Shown: positions 30,751-43,763 of the stretch, one piece after another
Position numbering within the stretch: the stretch's first letter is position 1
Layout of the letters: each line of letters begins with the position of its first letter
DNA from: Acidobacteriota bacterium
GTDB taxonomy: Bacteria; Acidobacteriota; Thermoanaerobaculia; Gp7-AA8
Length of the DNA stretch: 64,000 nucleotides
Direction: 5' to 3'
Assembly (NCBI GenBank): GCA_019244185.1
Contig: JAFATB010000013.1
Location: forward strand, 32,001-96,000
Position numbers and translations under genes: made by a program
The notes under the pieces: generated by a model
What the model saw: the letters and a program-made list of their open reading frames with translations, nothing else
What the model was told of the DNA's origin: nothing
The model's database searches: none

Positions 30751-31185
30751 ATGCCCAAGGTCACCGCCGACATCCCGTCCGAGCTCTCGCGGCAGATCGA
30801 TCGGATCATCCGCGACGGCTGGTATCCCGACGCGGAGACGGTCGTGCGCGAGGCCTTGCATCAGTTCGTCGACGCGAAGTCGTTCCTCGGCGACTCGCCG
30901 CGCATGCTGCATCGTTTCGCCGCCGACGCGCTGAACGATTCGAAGCCGGAGGTCGCGCTGAAGTTCGTCACGCGCGCGGTGTCGCTGCTCGCGAATCAGA
31001 GCGTCACCGACTTCACGCTGTATCAGGCGCTCGTCGAGCTGCGCGTGCAGATCCTGCTCGTCCTCGGGCGTGAAGACGACGCGCTGGTCTCGCTCGAGGA
31101 AGCGCGCGAGAAACTGCCCAACAATCCGACTGTCGCCCGCTGGATCTCACGTCTGGAGAAAAACAAGCCGCGCGGCGAAGCCTGA
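30751..31185 (+). CDS. small protein with N-terminal ribbon-helix-helix (CopG/ParD-like) domain and C-terminal TPR-like helices
   Basis: MPKVTADIPSELSRQIDRIIRDGWYPDAETVVREAL; LGREDDALVSLEEAREKLPNN. Confidence 0.7.
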   Translation: MPKVTADIPSELSRQIDRIIRDGWYPDAETVVREALHQFVDAKSFLGDSPRMLHRFAADALNDSKPEVALKFVTRAVSLLANQSVTDFTLYQALVELRVQILLVLGREDDALVSLEEAREKLPNNPTVARWISRLEKNKPRGEA

Positions 31186-31201
31186 ACGTTCCCCATTTCC
31201 C

Positions 31202-32296
31202 ATGCGCCACCGGTACTCGTTCCTCGATCCCGATCTCATCCAGCGCCTGCTCGCGGAGATGGGGCTGCGCCGTCTCTTCAATCAACTCCTCCTGCAAAGC
31301 GGCGGCGACGTCGAAGAAGCGATGCGCTGGATGCGGATGCTGCAGGAGCGCGGCTATCTCGATCCGAACATCGACCTCGAGGCGTTCCTCGCGCAGCTGA
31401 TGCAGGAGAACATCATCGGCACCGACGGCGAAGGAAACGTCACGCTGGCCGCGGGCGGCGAGCGGCAGATCCGCCGCGATGCGCTCGACGAGATCTTCGG
31501 CGGCCTGCAGAAGTCGATGACCGGCTCGCATTCGGTGGCGAACGCGGGGCAGGGGACCGAGCGCCTCACCGAGACGCGGCCGTATCAGTTCGGCGACGAC
31601 CCGATGTCGATCGACTCGATCCGCTCGATCCAGAACGCGATGAAGCACAACGATCCGGCGGGACAGATCGGTATCGTCGAGGACGACCTCGAAGTCTTTG
31701 AGACCGAGCACCACTCGAGCTGCGCGACGGTCGTCATGATCGACATCTCGCACTCGATGATCCTCTACGGCGAAGACCGCATCACGCCGGCGAAGAAAGT
31801 CGCGCTCGCGCTGACGGAGCTCATCCTCACGAAGTATCCAAAGGACTCGATCGACGTGCTGCTGTTCGGCGATGAGGCGACCGAGGTGCCGATCGGCGAG
31901 ATTCCGTACGTGCAGGTCGGGCCGTTTCACACGAACACGAAAGCGGGGCTCGAGCTCGCGCAGCGCATCCTGCGGCGGCGCAAGCACGCGAACAAACAGA
32001 TCTTCATGATCACGGACGGCAAGCCGTCGGCGCTGACCGAGAACGGCCGGTTGTACACGAACTCGTTCGGCCTCGACATGAAGATCGTGAACCGCACGCT
32101 GGAAGAAGCGGACCGCTGCCGCCGCGCGAACATCCCCATCACGACGTTCATGCTCGCCACCGATCCGATGCTCGTGAACTTCGTCGAGCAGCTCTCGAAG
32201 ATCAACCGCGGCCGCGCGTTCTATTCGTCGCCCGATCGGTTGGGCGAATACATCCTCGCGGACTACATTCGCAACCGCAGGAAGTTCGTGCACTGA
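31202..32296 (+). CDS. VWA-domain protein partnering the AAA+ ATPase
   Basis: MIDAS motif DISHS, HTNT, ITDGKP. Confidence 0.88.
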   Translation: MRHRYSFLDPDLIQRLLAEMGLRRLFNQLLLQSGGDVEEAMRWMRMLQERGYLDPNIDLEAFLAQLMQENIIGTDGEGNVTLAAGGERQIRRDALDEIFGGLQKSMTGSHSVANAGQGTERLTETRPYQFGDDPMSIDSIRSIQNAMKHNDPAGQIGIVEDDLEVFETEHHSSCATVVMIDISHSMILYGEDRITPAKKVALALTELILTKYPKDSIDVLLFGDEATEVPIGEIPYVQVGPFHTNTKAGLELAQRILRRRKHANKQIFMITDGKPSALTENGRLYTNSFGLDMKIVNRTLEEADRCRRANIPITTFMLATDPMLVNFVEQLSKINRGRAFYSSPDRLGEYILADYIRNRRKFVH

Positions 32297-32314
32297 GGCG
32301 CGGTTCTCCGTGCC

Positions 32315-33970
32315 GTGCGAAGGTTATTCGCAGTCCTCCTGGTCGCCTCCACCGCCCTCGCGAACGAGGTCTCCGTCCATTCTCTGCAGTCCGGCTCGCC
32401 CACCGGCCCGACGCCGGTGTGGGATCACGGCATTCACGGCGAAGGGCAGATCGTCGCGGTGATCGACACCGGCGTCGACTACAACTCCTGCTACTTCGCG
32501 GAGCCCGACAACGCGCCGCCGCCGTTCAACACCGGCTCGCCGAACGGCGGGCTCGACTGGGAGAACGTCGACGCGTCGCGGCGCAAGATCATCGCGTACG
32601 ACTTCCTCTACTCGTGCGATCAGTATCCGAACGCGCCGGGCTGCGACGCGCCGTTCGCCGCGGGCGCGCTCGACAATCAGGGCCACGGCACGCACGCCGC
32701 CGGCGCGATCCTCGGCGACAAAGGCGCGCCGATCGTGCACGACTACGGCGACGCGATCGCGCCGGCCGCGAAGCTCGTCGTGCAGGACGCCGGCTTCCGG
32801 TCCTCCGGCGACAACTGCACGCAGCTGACCGGCGTCGGTTGTCCCGCGAAGCTGCTGCCGATCCTCGAGCAGGCGTACAAGCAGGGCGCGCGCATTCACT
32901 CGAACTCGTGGGGCGATCGCCAGGGCGTGCCGAACGGCGTGCCCGCGGTGCCGACCGCCAACTACTCGCAGTCCGCGCGCGACGTCGACGCGTTCGTCTG
33001 GGAGCACCCCGATTCGCTCGTGCTCTTCAACACCGGCAACTGGTCGGCGACCAGCAACAGCGATCCGCCGCTCTCGTCGCTTTCCGCGCCCGGCGTGGCG
33101 AAGAACACGATTCAGGTCGGCGGCTCGCGCGGCTTTCCCGACGACGACGCGTCCATCTCGAACATCACGCTCTTCGGTCCGTCACGCGACGGACGCATCA
33201 AGCCCGATCTCATCGGACCGGCGAGCGTCCTGGCCGCCGACATGGATTTCGATCAGAACCCTGCCACGTGCGATATCACGCGGCAGCCCGGCACCTCGTT
33301 CGCCTCGCCGACCATCGCCGGCGCGGCCGTGCTCGTGCGGCAGTACTACACGGACGGTTTCTATCCGAGTGGCGTCGCCACGCGCGCGAACGGATTCACG
33401 CCGAGCGCCGCGCTGCTGAAGGCGACGCTCATCGCCGCCGCGCGTCCCGCGACGATCCGCCGCGTCGGCACGAGCGGCAGCAAGTTCGCGCTGCCGACGC
33501 CGTCGTACGAACAAGGCTGGGGCTTCCCGGTGCTCGACAACGCGCTCTACTTTCCGGGCGACGCGGCGAAGCTGCGCGTGGTCGACGTGCCGCTCAGCGC
33601 CGGTCTCACGGAAGGGGAGTCGGCGACGATCCGCGTGCGTGCGGGCGCCGGCGCGCCGCTGCGCGTGGTGCTCGTCTGGACCGATCCGCCCGGAGTTCCG
33701 CGGAGCGTGAACGACACCACTCCGGAGCTCGTGAATGATCTCGATCTGCGCATCACGATCTCCGGCACGACGTACTTCGGCAACGGCCCGTCTCCCGATC
33801 GCCTGAATAACGTCGAGGCGGTGCTGCTCGCGCAGCCCACGGCAGGCACGTACGACATCACCGTCGCCGCGCATCACCTCGGGTTCGGCCCGCGCCAGAG
33901 CTACGCGCTCGTGGTCAGCGGCGACATTTCGACGGTCACGAACGCCAGGAAGCGGGCCGTGCGGCACTGA
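32315..33970 (+). CDS. secreted S8 subtilisin-like serine protease (KP-43-like) with C-terminal beta domain
   Basis: Catalytic triad IDTG / GHGTH / GTSFASP; HSNSWG, DGRIKPD, LVNDLDL, NNVE. Confidence 0.92.
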   Translation: MRRLFAVLLVASTALANEVSVHSLQSGSPTGPTPVWDHGIHGEGQIVAVIDTGVDYNSCYFAEPDNAPPPFNTGSPNGGLDWENVDASRRKIIAYDFLYSCDQYPNAPGCDAPFAAGALDNQGHGTHAAGAILGDKGAPIVHDYGDAIAPAAKLVVQDAGFRSSGDNCTQLTGVGCPAKLLPILEQAYKQGARIHSNSWGDRQGVPNGVPAVPTANYSQSARDVDAFVWEHPDSLVLFNTGNWSATSNSDPPLSSLSAPGVAKNTIQVGGSRGFPDDDASISNITLFGPSRDGRIKPDLIGPASVLAADMDFDQNPATCDITRQPGTSFASPTIAGAAVLVRQYYTDGFYPSGVATRANGFTPSAALLKATLIAAARPATIRRVGTSGSKFALPTPSYEQGWGFPVLDNALYFPGDAAKLRVVDVPLSAGLTEGESATIRVRAGAGAPLRVVLVWTDPPGVPRSVNDTTPELVNDLDLRITISGTTYFGNGPSPDRLNNVEAVLLAQPTAGTYDITVAAHHLGFGPRQSYALVVSGDISTVTNARKRAVRH

Positions 33971-36452
<2,482 letters not shown>

Positions 36453-36466
36453 TCGAGGCGGGGATT

Positions 36467-37381
36467 TTAGACGGTGGTGAGCACCGCCCACAATCCGGCG
36501 GCCGAAATCACGATCCAGAGCGCGATGCCGAGGATCAGCGGACGCACGCCGACGGCGGCGAGACTCCGCCGCGAGAGCGCCGCGCCGATGAGAAACAGCG
36601 TCACCGTCAAGCCGATGCGCGCGAGGTGCACGAGCGTCTCGTAAACGGCCACCGGCAGTGCGACGTACGTGCGCACGACCGACGCGAGCACGAAGAAGAG
36701 GATGAACCACGGCCAGGCGATGCGCGCCGACTTGCGGCGGAACGCGAACGCCGTCGCCAGCGTCAGCGGCACGATCCAGAGCGCGCGCGTCAGCTTCACC
36801 GTCGTCGCAATCTGCAGTGCTTCTTTTCCGTACGCCGCGGCGGCGCCGACGACGGAGCTCGTGTCGTGAATCGCGATCGCGGCCCAGATGCCGAACTGCG
36901 TCTGCGTCAGATGCAGCGCTCGGCCGATGACGGGGAAGAGAAAGAGCGCGATCGAGTTGAGGATGAACACTGTGCCGAGCGAGACCGACATCTCTTCGTC
37001 GGATGCGCCGATGACAGGTCCCACGGCCGCGATCGCGCTGCCGCCGCAGATCGCGGTGCCGGACGAGATCAGATGCGCGGTGCCGTGGCCGATGTTCAGC
37101 GCGCGACCGAGGAGATAGCCGAGGAGCAGCGTGCCGGCGATGGTTGCGACCGTGAAGAGAATGCCGCGGCGTCCGGCGGCGATCACGCTGCTCAGATTCA
37201 TGCTGAAGCCGAGGCCGACGACGGAGATCTGCAGCAGGCGCTTGGTCAGCCTCGACGTCTTGAACGGCGGCGGGCCGATGGTCAGCGCCATGGTCAGGCC
37301 GATCGCGAGCGCGATCGGCGGCGAGCACCACGGCGTGAGACAGAACAGCAGGCCGGCGGCGAAGACGATGCTGTGGATCAC
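36467..37381 (-). CDS. YeiH/UPF0324 putative sulfate exporter family membrane protein
   Basis: GTAICGGSAIAAV, AIHDTSSVVGA, VKLTRALWI; GTG start overlaps the upstream TGA. Confidence 0.9.
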   Translation of the reverse strand: MIHSIVFAAGLLFCLTPWCSPPIALAIGLTMALTIGPPPFKTSRLTKRLLQISVVGLGFSMNLSSVIAAGRRGILFTVATIAGTLLLGYLLGRALNIGHGTAHLISSGTAICGGSAIAAVGPVIGASDEEMSVSLGTVFILNSIALFLFPVIGRALHLTQTQFGIWAAIAIHDTSSVVGAAAAYGKEALQIATTVKLTRALWIVPLTLATAFAFRRKSARIAWPWFILFFVLASVVRTYVALPVAVYETLVHLARIGLTVTLFLIGAALSRRSLAAVGVRPLILGIALWIVISAAGLWAVLTTV

Positions 37382-38055
37382 AGAGCGCGCCGGAACAGCG
37401 CGAGCGTCCGCTGCCACGCGTCGGCCGCCGCATCCGCGTTGTAGACCTCGGGACGCGCGTCATTGAAGAACGCGTGATCGGCATTCGGATACTCGATCGC
37501 CTCGGCGTCTTTGCCCATCTCGCGCAGCTTCTCCGCGAGCGCGCGGCCCTGCTCGTACGGCACGTTCTTGTCCTTCTCGCCGTGGATCAGCAGGACCGGA
37601 CCGGCGAGGTTCTCCCACGGCATCTCCAGCTTGCGGAAGCCGCCGTAGAAGCTCACGGCGGCGCCGAAGACTCCCGGGCTCTTCACCGCCGCGTACTGCG
37701 CGAGCGCGCCGCCCATGCAGAAGCCGACGACGCCCACTTTCTTCGAGGTACAGCCGGGCTGCTGCAGCAGATACGCGCCGGCGCCGGCGATCTCGGTCTC
37801 GGCGCGGTCGGCGTCGAGCTCCATCAGCAGTTTCATCGCGTCGTCGGGCGACTTGGTGGTCTTGCCGTGATACAGATCCGGCGCGATGGCGACGAAGCCG
37901 GCGGCGGCGAAGCGCTCGACGAGATCCTCGATGTGCGGCACGAGGCCCCACCACTCCTGAATGACCACGACGCCCGGGCCGCTGCCCGATTCCGGCGACG
38001 CGAAATAGCCCTGACACGTATGACCGTTGGAAGGAAACGTTACGCGCTGTCCCAT
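37378..38055 (-). CDS. dienelactone hydrolase family protein
   Basis: QEWWGL, APDLYHG, GFCMGG, HAFFND. Confidence 0.93.
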   Translation of the reverse strand: MGQRVTFPSNGHTCQGYFASPESGSGPGVVVIQEWWGLVPHIEDLVERFAAAGFVAIAPDLYHGKTTKSPDDAMKLLMELDADRAETEIAGAGAYLLQQPGCTSKKVGVVGFCMGGALAQYAAVKSPGVFGAAVSFYGGFRKLEMPWENLAGPVLLIHGEKDKNVPYEQGRALAEKLREMGKDAEAIEYPNADHAFFNDARPEVYNADAAADAWQRTLALFRRAL

Positions 38056-38132
38056 GGCGGCGGATTCTAACGCCTTCGTGACGGATTGCGCGGCGTCAGG
38101 CTGTGCGAAAATCGGGAGGACGAGCGCGTCGC

Positions 38133-38387
38133 ATGCACATGACGAAAGATGAGGTGAACGGTCTCGCGAAGCGGCGCAACTGCCCGCGTTGCGATCTCGA
38201 CAAGACCGTCGGCAACGCGCTCTGCCGCCGCTGCCGCGCGAAGCTGCCGCCGCACATGCGCCTCGGCATCGAGAACATCCCCTCGAAAGACGGAGGCGTC
38301 GTCGGCAGCGCGCTCCGCGCCGCGGCGAACTACTTCAACGTGCACTTCGCGTCCGTGCGCAAGTTCGGCGGCGGCAAGAAGCGCTAG
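38133..38387 (+). CDS. small CxxC/CxxC zinc-finger protein
   Basis: CPRCDLDKTVGNALCRRCRAKLPPH; gggagg upstream. Confidence 0.65.
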   Translation: MHMTKDEVNGLAKRRNCPRCDLDKTVGNALCRRCRAKLPPHMRLGIENIPSKDGGVVGSALRAAANYFNVHFASVRKFGGGKKR

Positions 38388-38403
38388 GGCGCCGCGCGCC
38401 GCG

Positions 38404-39930
38404 CTACATCCCCGCGCCCGACGAGGCGTTCGCCGCTGCCGCGAGCTCCTTCGCCCGCGCGTCGCGGCGATCCTGCAACGCGAGCTCCTCGGCGCGCCGT
38501 GCGATGTCCACGCCGCCGCCCGTCCCCTTCAGCGACTCGCCCCAGACGGCGCCGAGGGACGCGAGACGATGCCGGCGTGACGCCGCGGTCCACGGCCGCG
38601 TGAAGTCGCCCGCGTGGATCACGCGCTCGATCGTGTGCGTGCGGCCGTCGCTCACCGACGTGTAACGCAGACGGATCGTCGCCACGCGCTGCATCGCGCG
38701 CAGGCCGCTCTTCAGTTCGAGCGCGTAGAGCCCCGTGACGGACACGTTGTGCAGCAGCGCCGACTCCGGCGCGATGTCGTCGCTCTCGCCGATGCGATGG
38801 AACGACGCGACCGCGTCGCCGTCGATGTCGACGTCGAGCGAGGCGTCCTTCGCGATCGGCGGCGTCGAGGCGCCGCCGGCGATCGGCATCGCTTCGGTGT
38901 CGACGGTGAAGCGCACGATGCCGCCGTTGCCCGACGTCTGCACCGGCGCTGGCGAGGCTTCGACTTCGAGGCGCACGCCGTGCTTCGGCGGCTTTGCCGG
39001 CGCGCCGGCGAAGTAGTTGACGAGCGCGTCGACGTTGACGCGATTCGCCGCGGGACGGCCGCCGTTTTCGAGCGTGGTCTTGATCTGATGGAAGACGTCC
39101 GCGTCGACGGAGATGCCGAAGACCGCGCGGCGCGGGCCGAGATCGAGGTCGACCGCGTACGCTTCGCGCACGATCGACGACGAGTTCGCGGTTTTCGCCA
39201 TGCGCGGCGCGGCGGTCGCCGCCGCGGTGGCAACAGGCGCCGCGGGCGGAGCGGCGGGCGCCGGCGCGTTGTCGGCCATCTGCTGCGGCGCGGACTGGAC
39301 CACGATGCCTTCCGACACCGCGCCGCCGACCACGTTCCCGACGGTTCCACCGACCACGCCGCCTTCGACGCCGCCCGCGTTCTCCGCGAGCGCATCGCGC
39401 GCGGGCGCTGTTTCGTTGCGCGCCGCGACGCGCGCGTCGGCGAGTTGCTGCACCGGCGCCGCCTCGGCACGCGCGCGTTGGCGTTGCGCGGCGATTTCCG
39501 GCGCGGGAACTTCCGGCGCGGGAACTTCCGGCGCGGGAACGGCCACCGGCATCGCCGCCGGCGGCGCCTGCGCGATCTCGACGCGCACTTCGCTCGGCGT
39601 CGGCGAGGTCACGGTCACGTCGGCGGCGCGCTGCGGCGCGGCCATCGGCGCGCGCGGCGGCAGCGCGGCAGCCGTCTTCATCGAGACGAGGTTCGGGTCT
39701 CCTTCCCGCAGCAGATGCATGGTCACGAGGACCGACGACACCAGGAGGATGATCGAGGCGGCGATGCGGAAGTTCAGCGTCATCGACCGCGACAGGCGGC
39801 GGCGTTCGTTTTCCGCGTCGAGGTACTTCGGGATATCGGCCTTGATGCGCTCCGCGAGTCCCGCCGGCGGACGCGGGACCGCCGTCAGGGACAACTTTCG
39901 CTGAAGCTCGGCTCTGCGCTTCACATTCAT
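38404..39930 (-). CDS. membrane-anchored anti-sigma-like protein with YfbK-type flanking domains (vWF_A N-cap and DUF3520-like), VWA core absent
   Basis: PRPPAGLAERIKADIP, TM helix IAASIILLVSSVLV, Pro/Ala linker, FGISVDAD...NVDALVNYF, IAKDASLDVD...FHRIGE; overlaps the sigma stop. Confidence 0.72.
   Translation of the reverse strand: MNVKRRAELQRKLSLTAVPRPPAGLAERIKADIPKYLDAENERRRLSRSMTLNFRIAASIILLVSSVLVTMHLLREGDPNLVSMKTAAALPPRAPMAAPQRAADVTVTSPTPSEVRVEIAQAPPAAMPVAVPAPEVPAPEVPAPEIAAQRQRARAEAAPVQQLADARVAARNETAPARDALAENAGGVEGGVVGGTVGNVVGGAVSEGIVVQSAPQQMADNAPAPAAPPAAPVATAAATAAPRMAKTANSSSIVREAYAVDLDLGPRRAVFGISVDADVFHQIKTTLENGGRPAANRVNVDALVNYFAGAPAKPPKHGVRLEVEASPAPVQTSGNGGIVRFTVDTEAMPIAGGASTPPIAKDASLDVDIDGDAVASFHRIGESDDIAPESALLHNVSVTGLYALELKSGLRAMQRVATIRLRYTSVSDGRTHTIERVIHAGDFTRPWTAASRRHRLASLGAVWGESLKGTGGGVDIARRAEELALQDRRDARAKELAAAANASSGAGM
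39496..39540. repeat. 15-bp tandem repeat x3 (encodes VPAPE)
   Basis: ttccggcgcgggaac occurs three times consecutively. Confidence 0.9.
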
Positions 39931-40529
39931 GACAACACTTCCTCGTCGAGCAGCGTCTCGAGGAGCGAGAACGCGCGATGCAGACGTTTCCGAATCGCAA
40001 CCGTCGTGATGTTCTCGATCCTCGCGATCTCTTTCACCGGCAGTCCTCCCCAGAAGTGCGCGGTGACGGTGAAGCGCAGATCGTCGGAGAGTTTCATGAC
40101 TGCCTCGCGGAGGCGCTCGGCCTCCTCGGCGTCCGCCAGCAGTTCATCCGCCGCGGGACGCTCGTCTCGTACGTCGATGGCATCCGGCTCGTCGAGCGAC
40201 GTCATGCGCCGCGGACGCCGGATGTGATTCAGAAACGTCGTGTAGGCGATACGGTAAAGCCAGGTGAAGAGTTGCGAGCGGCCGTCGAATCCCGACAGCG
40301 CCGCCCATGCTTTCTGATAGGTCTCCTGTGTCAGATCCGCCGCCAGATCGCGATCGCCGCAGAGGCGGAAGATCGATGCGAAGACGGCGGAGTAGGTTCG
40401 TTCGACGAGCTCCTCCGCGGCCGCGGTGTCGCCCGCGCGGATGTCCGCGAGGAGCTTCTGCTCCCCTCTGACGGGCGGGCTCGCATCCTGCTCCCGCTCG
40501 CGCGCCGGAAACGAAGCCACTTCGGCCAT
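39927..40529 (-). CDS. ECF sigma-70 family RNA polymerase sigma factor
   Basis: AADLTQETYQKAW, FDGRSQLFTWLYRIA, region 4 LPVKEIARIE...IRKRLHRA. Confidence 0.93.
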   Translation of the reverse strand: MAEVASFPAREREQDASPPVRGEQKLLADIRAGDTAAAEELVERTYSAVFASIFRLCGDRDLAADLTQETYQKAWAALSGFDGRSQLFTWLYRIAYTTFLNHIRRPRRMTSLDEPDAIDVRDERPAADELLADAEEAERLREAVMKLSDDLRFTVTAHFWGGLPVKEIARIENITTVAIRKRLHRAFSLLETLLDEEVLS

Positions 40530-40585
40530 GTTCGTTCGACACCAACCGCGCTCGAAAGGAAACCTGTTGACGCTATGCTAGTCCC

Positions 40586-41485
40586 ATGAAAGCGTTCACC
40601 GCGATCGTTGTTGCTACGGTTTTCCTCGTTTCCTGCAAAAAGGAAGAGCAGCCTGCCGCCCCTGCCGCCGCCCCGCCTTCCGCCTCCGCGGCCAAAACGA
40701 GCGATCCCACGGCCGAGGTGATGGAGTGGCGCGCGAACCGCGCAAAGCGCCTGCAGGCGGAGGATGGCTGGCTGTCGCTGGTCGGCCTCGACTGGCTCAA
40801 GGATGGCCCGAACCACTTCACGCCCGACCTCGGCACGACGACTCTCGCGAACGGCAAGGTGACGCTGACGCCGGTCGCGGGCATGACCATCGACGACAAG
40901 CCGGTCACCGCGCCGGTCGCGCTGCGCGACGACTCCGATGCGAACGGACCGACGATCGTGCGCATCGGCACGAAGCGCTTCAACGTCATCAAGCGCGGCG
41001 ATCGCTACGCGCTGCGCGTGAAAGACAGCCAGGCGGAGACGCGCACGCACTTCAAAGGGCTCGACTACTTTCCGGTGAACGAGAAGTGGCGCGTCGTCGC
41101 GCACTTCGAGCCGTACAACCCGCCGAAGAAAATGCCGATCGTCGACATCACCGGCCGCAACTACACGAGCGACTCGCCGGGCGCGCTCGTCTTCACCGTC
41201 GACGGCAAGGAGTACCGTCTCGATCCGATCGTCGAAGAAGGGGAGTCCGACTTCTTCATCATCTTCAAGGACGAGACGAGCCGCGACACGACGTATCAGG
41301 CCGCGCGCTATCTCTACGCGACGCCGCCGGGGAAAGACGGCACGGTCGTCGTCGACTTCAACAAGGCGTACAACCCGCCGTGCGCGTTCACGTCGTTCGC
41401 CACGTGCCCGCTGCCGCCGCCGCAGAACCGGCTACCGGTGCGGATCGAGGCGGGGGAGAAGCGGTATGCGGGAGGACACGCGTAG
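40586..41485 (+). CDS. DUF1684-family lipoprotein
   Basis: Lipobox LVSC; GWLSLVGL, FKDETS, DFNKAYNPPCAFTSFATCPLPPPQNRL, IEAGEK. Confidence 0.92.
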   Translation: MKAFTAIVVATVFLVSCKKEEQPAAPAAAPPSASAAKTSDPTAEVMEWRANRAKRLQAEDGWLSLVGLDWLKDGPNHFTPDLGTTTLANGKVTLTPVAGMTIDDKPVTAPVALRDDSDANGPTIVRIGTKRFNVIKRGDRYALRVKDSQAETRTHFKGLDYFPVNEKWRVVAHFEPYNPPKKMPIVDITGRNYTSDSPGALVFTVDGKEYRLDPIVEEGESDFFIIFKDETSRDTTYQAARYLYATPPGKDGTVVVDFNKAYNPPCAFTSFATCPLPPPQNRLPVRIEAGEKRYAGGHA

Positions 41486-41491
41486 CGCGGG

Positions 41492-42904
<1,413 letters not shown>

Positions 42905-43066
42905 CGCGGGGGCGGAGGATAGCATCAGAGGGTGGATTCATGCGATGATCTCCATACATCCGTAAAATCTGATGCAAAGTGCGGTACTCTACGCGAGTCC
43001 AAGTCGTCGTCCGGAGAGAGGTCGTCGTCAAATCGCCGTCCACGGCAGAAAACGTGGTAACGTGAG

Positions 43067-43759
43067 ATGGGTCTAAAATCCGCGAATCTGCAACGTTCCG
43101 CCGAACAGGTGCGTGAAGGAAAGGCCGCCGTGCTGGAACAGAACGCAAGCGATGGATCAACCGGCGCTTCCCCTCGGCGAAGCGAGAAGAAGCTGCAGGC
43201 CGATGCGAATCGCATCGAGAGCGAGCCGGGCGCGCAGCCGCTGCCGCCGACGCAAGCGGCCGACGACGTCGAGGCGCTCTACATCCAGCATCGCAAGCTC
43301 CTGCTCTATGTCGCGTGCCGCAAGTTCCGCATCCCGGAGAGCGACGCGGAGAGCCTGACCCAGGAAGTCTTCCTGTCCTTTCTGCAGAACGGCACGAAGA
43401 TCGACAACGTCCGCGCGTGGCTCGTGGCCGCGATGTGCAATGCGAGCCGGCATTTCTGGCGCGCGTCGGGACGCACCGAGTCGCTGCCGGACGACTTCAA
43501 CGATCACTCCGATCCCGATTCGGTCGGCCTCGCCGATCAGTTCGCGATGCGCATGACCGTGCATCAGGCGCTCGAGTACCTCCAGCCGCGCTGCCGCGAG
43601 ACGCTCTACCTGCACTACTTCGAAGGGCGTTCCGCGAACGACGTCGCGCGCGAGCTCGAGACCACGAACCGCTACGCCGAAAAGCTGATCCACAACTGCC
43701 TCAAGCGCGTCCGTGAGATCTATCTCAACATCACGAACGTGCAGAAATCGCCGAAGTGA
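43067..43759 (+). CDS. ECF sigma-70 family sigma factor
   Basis: DAESLTQEVFLSF, RAWLVAAMCNASR, LQPRCRETLYLHYFEGRSANDVARELE. Confidence 0.9.
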   Translation: MGLKSANLQRSAEQVREGKAAVLEQNASDGSTGASPRRSEKKLQADANRIESEPGAQPLPPTQAADDVEALYIQHRKLLLYVACRKFRIPESDAESLTQEVFLSFLQNGTKIDNVRAWLVAAMCNASRHFWRASGRTESLPDDFNDHSDPDSVGLADQFAMRMTVHQALEYLQPRCRETLYLHYFEGRSANDVARELETTNRYAEKLIHNCLKRVREIYLNITNVQKSPK

Positions 43760-43763
43760 TGTG

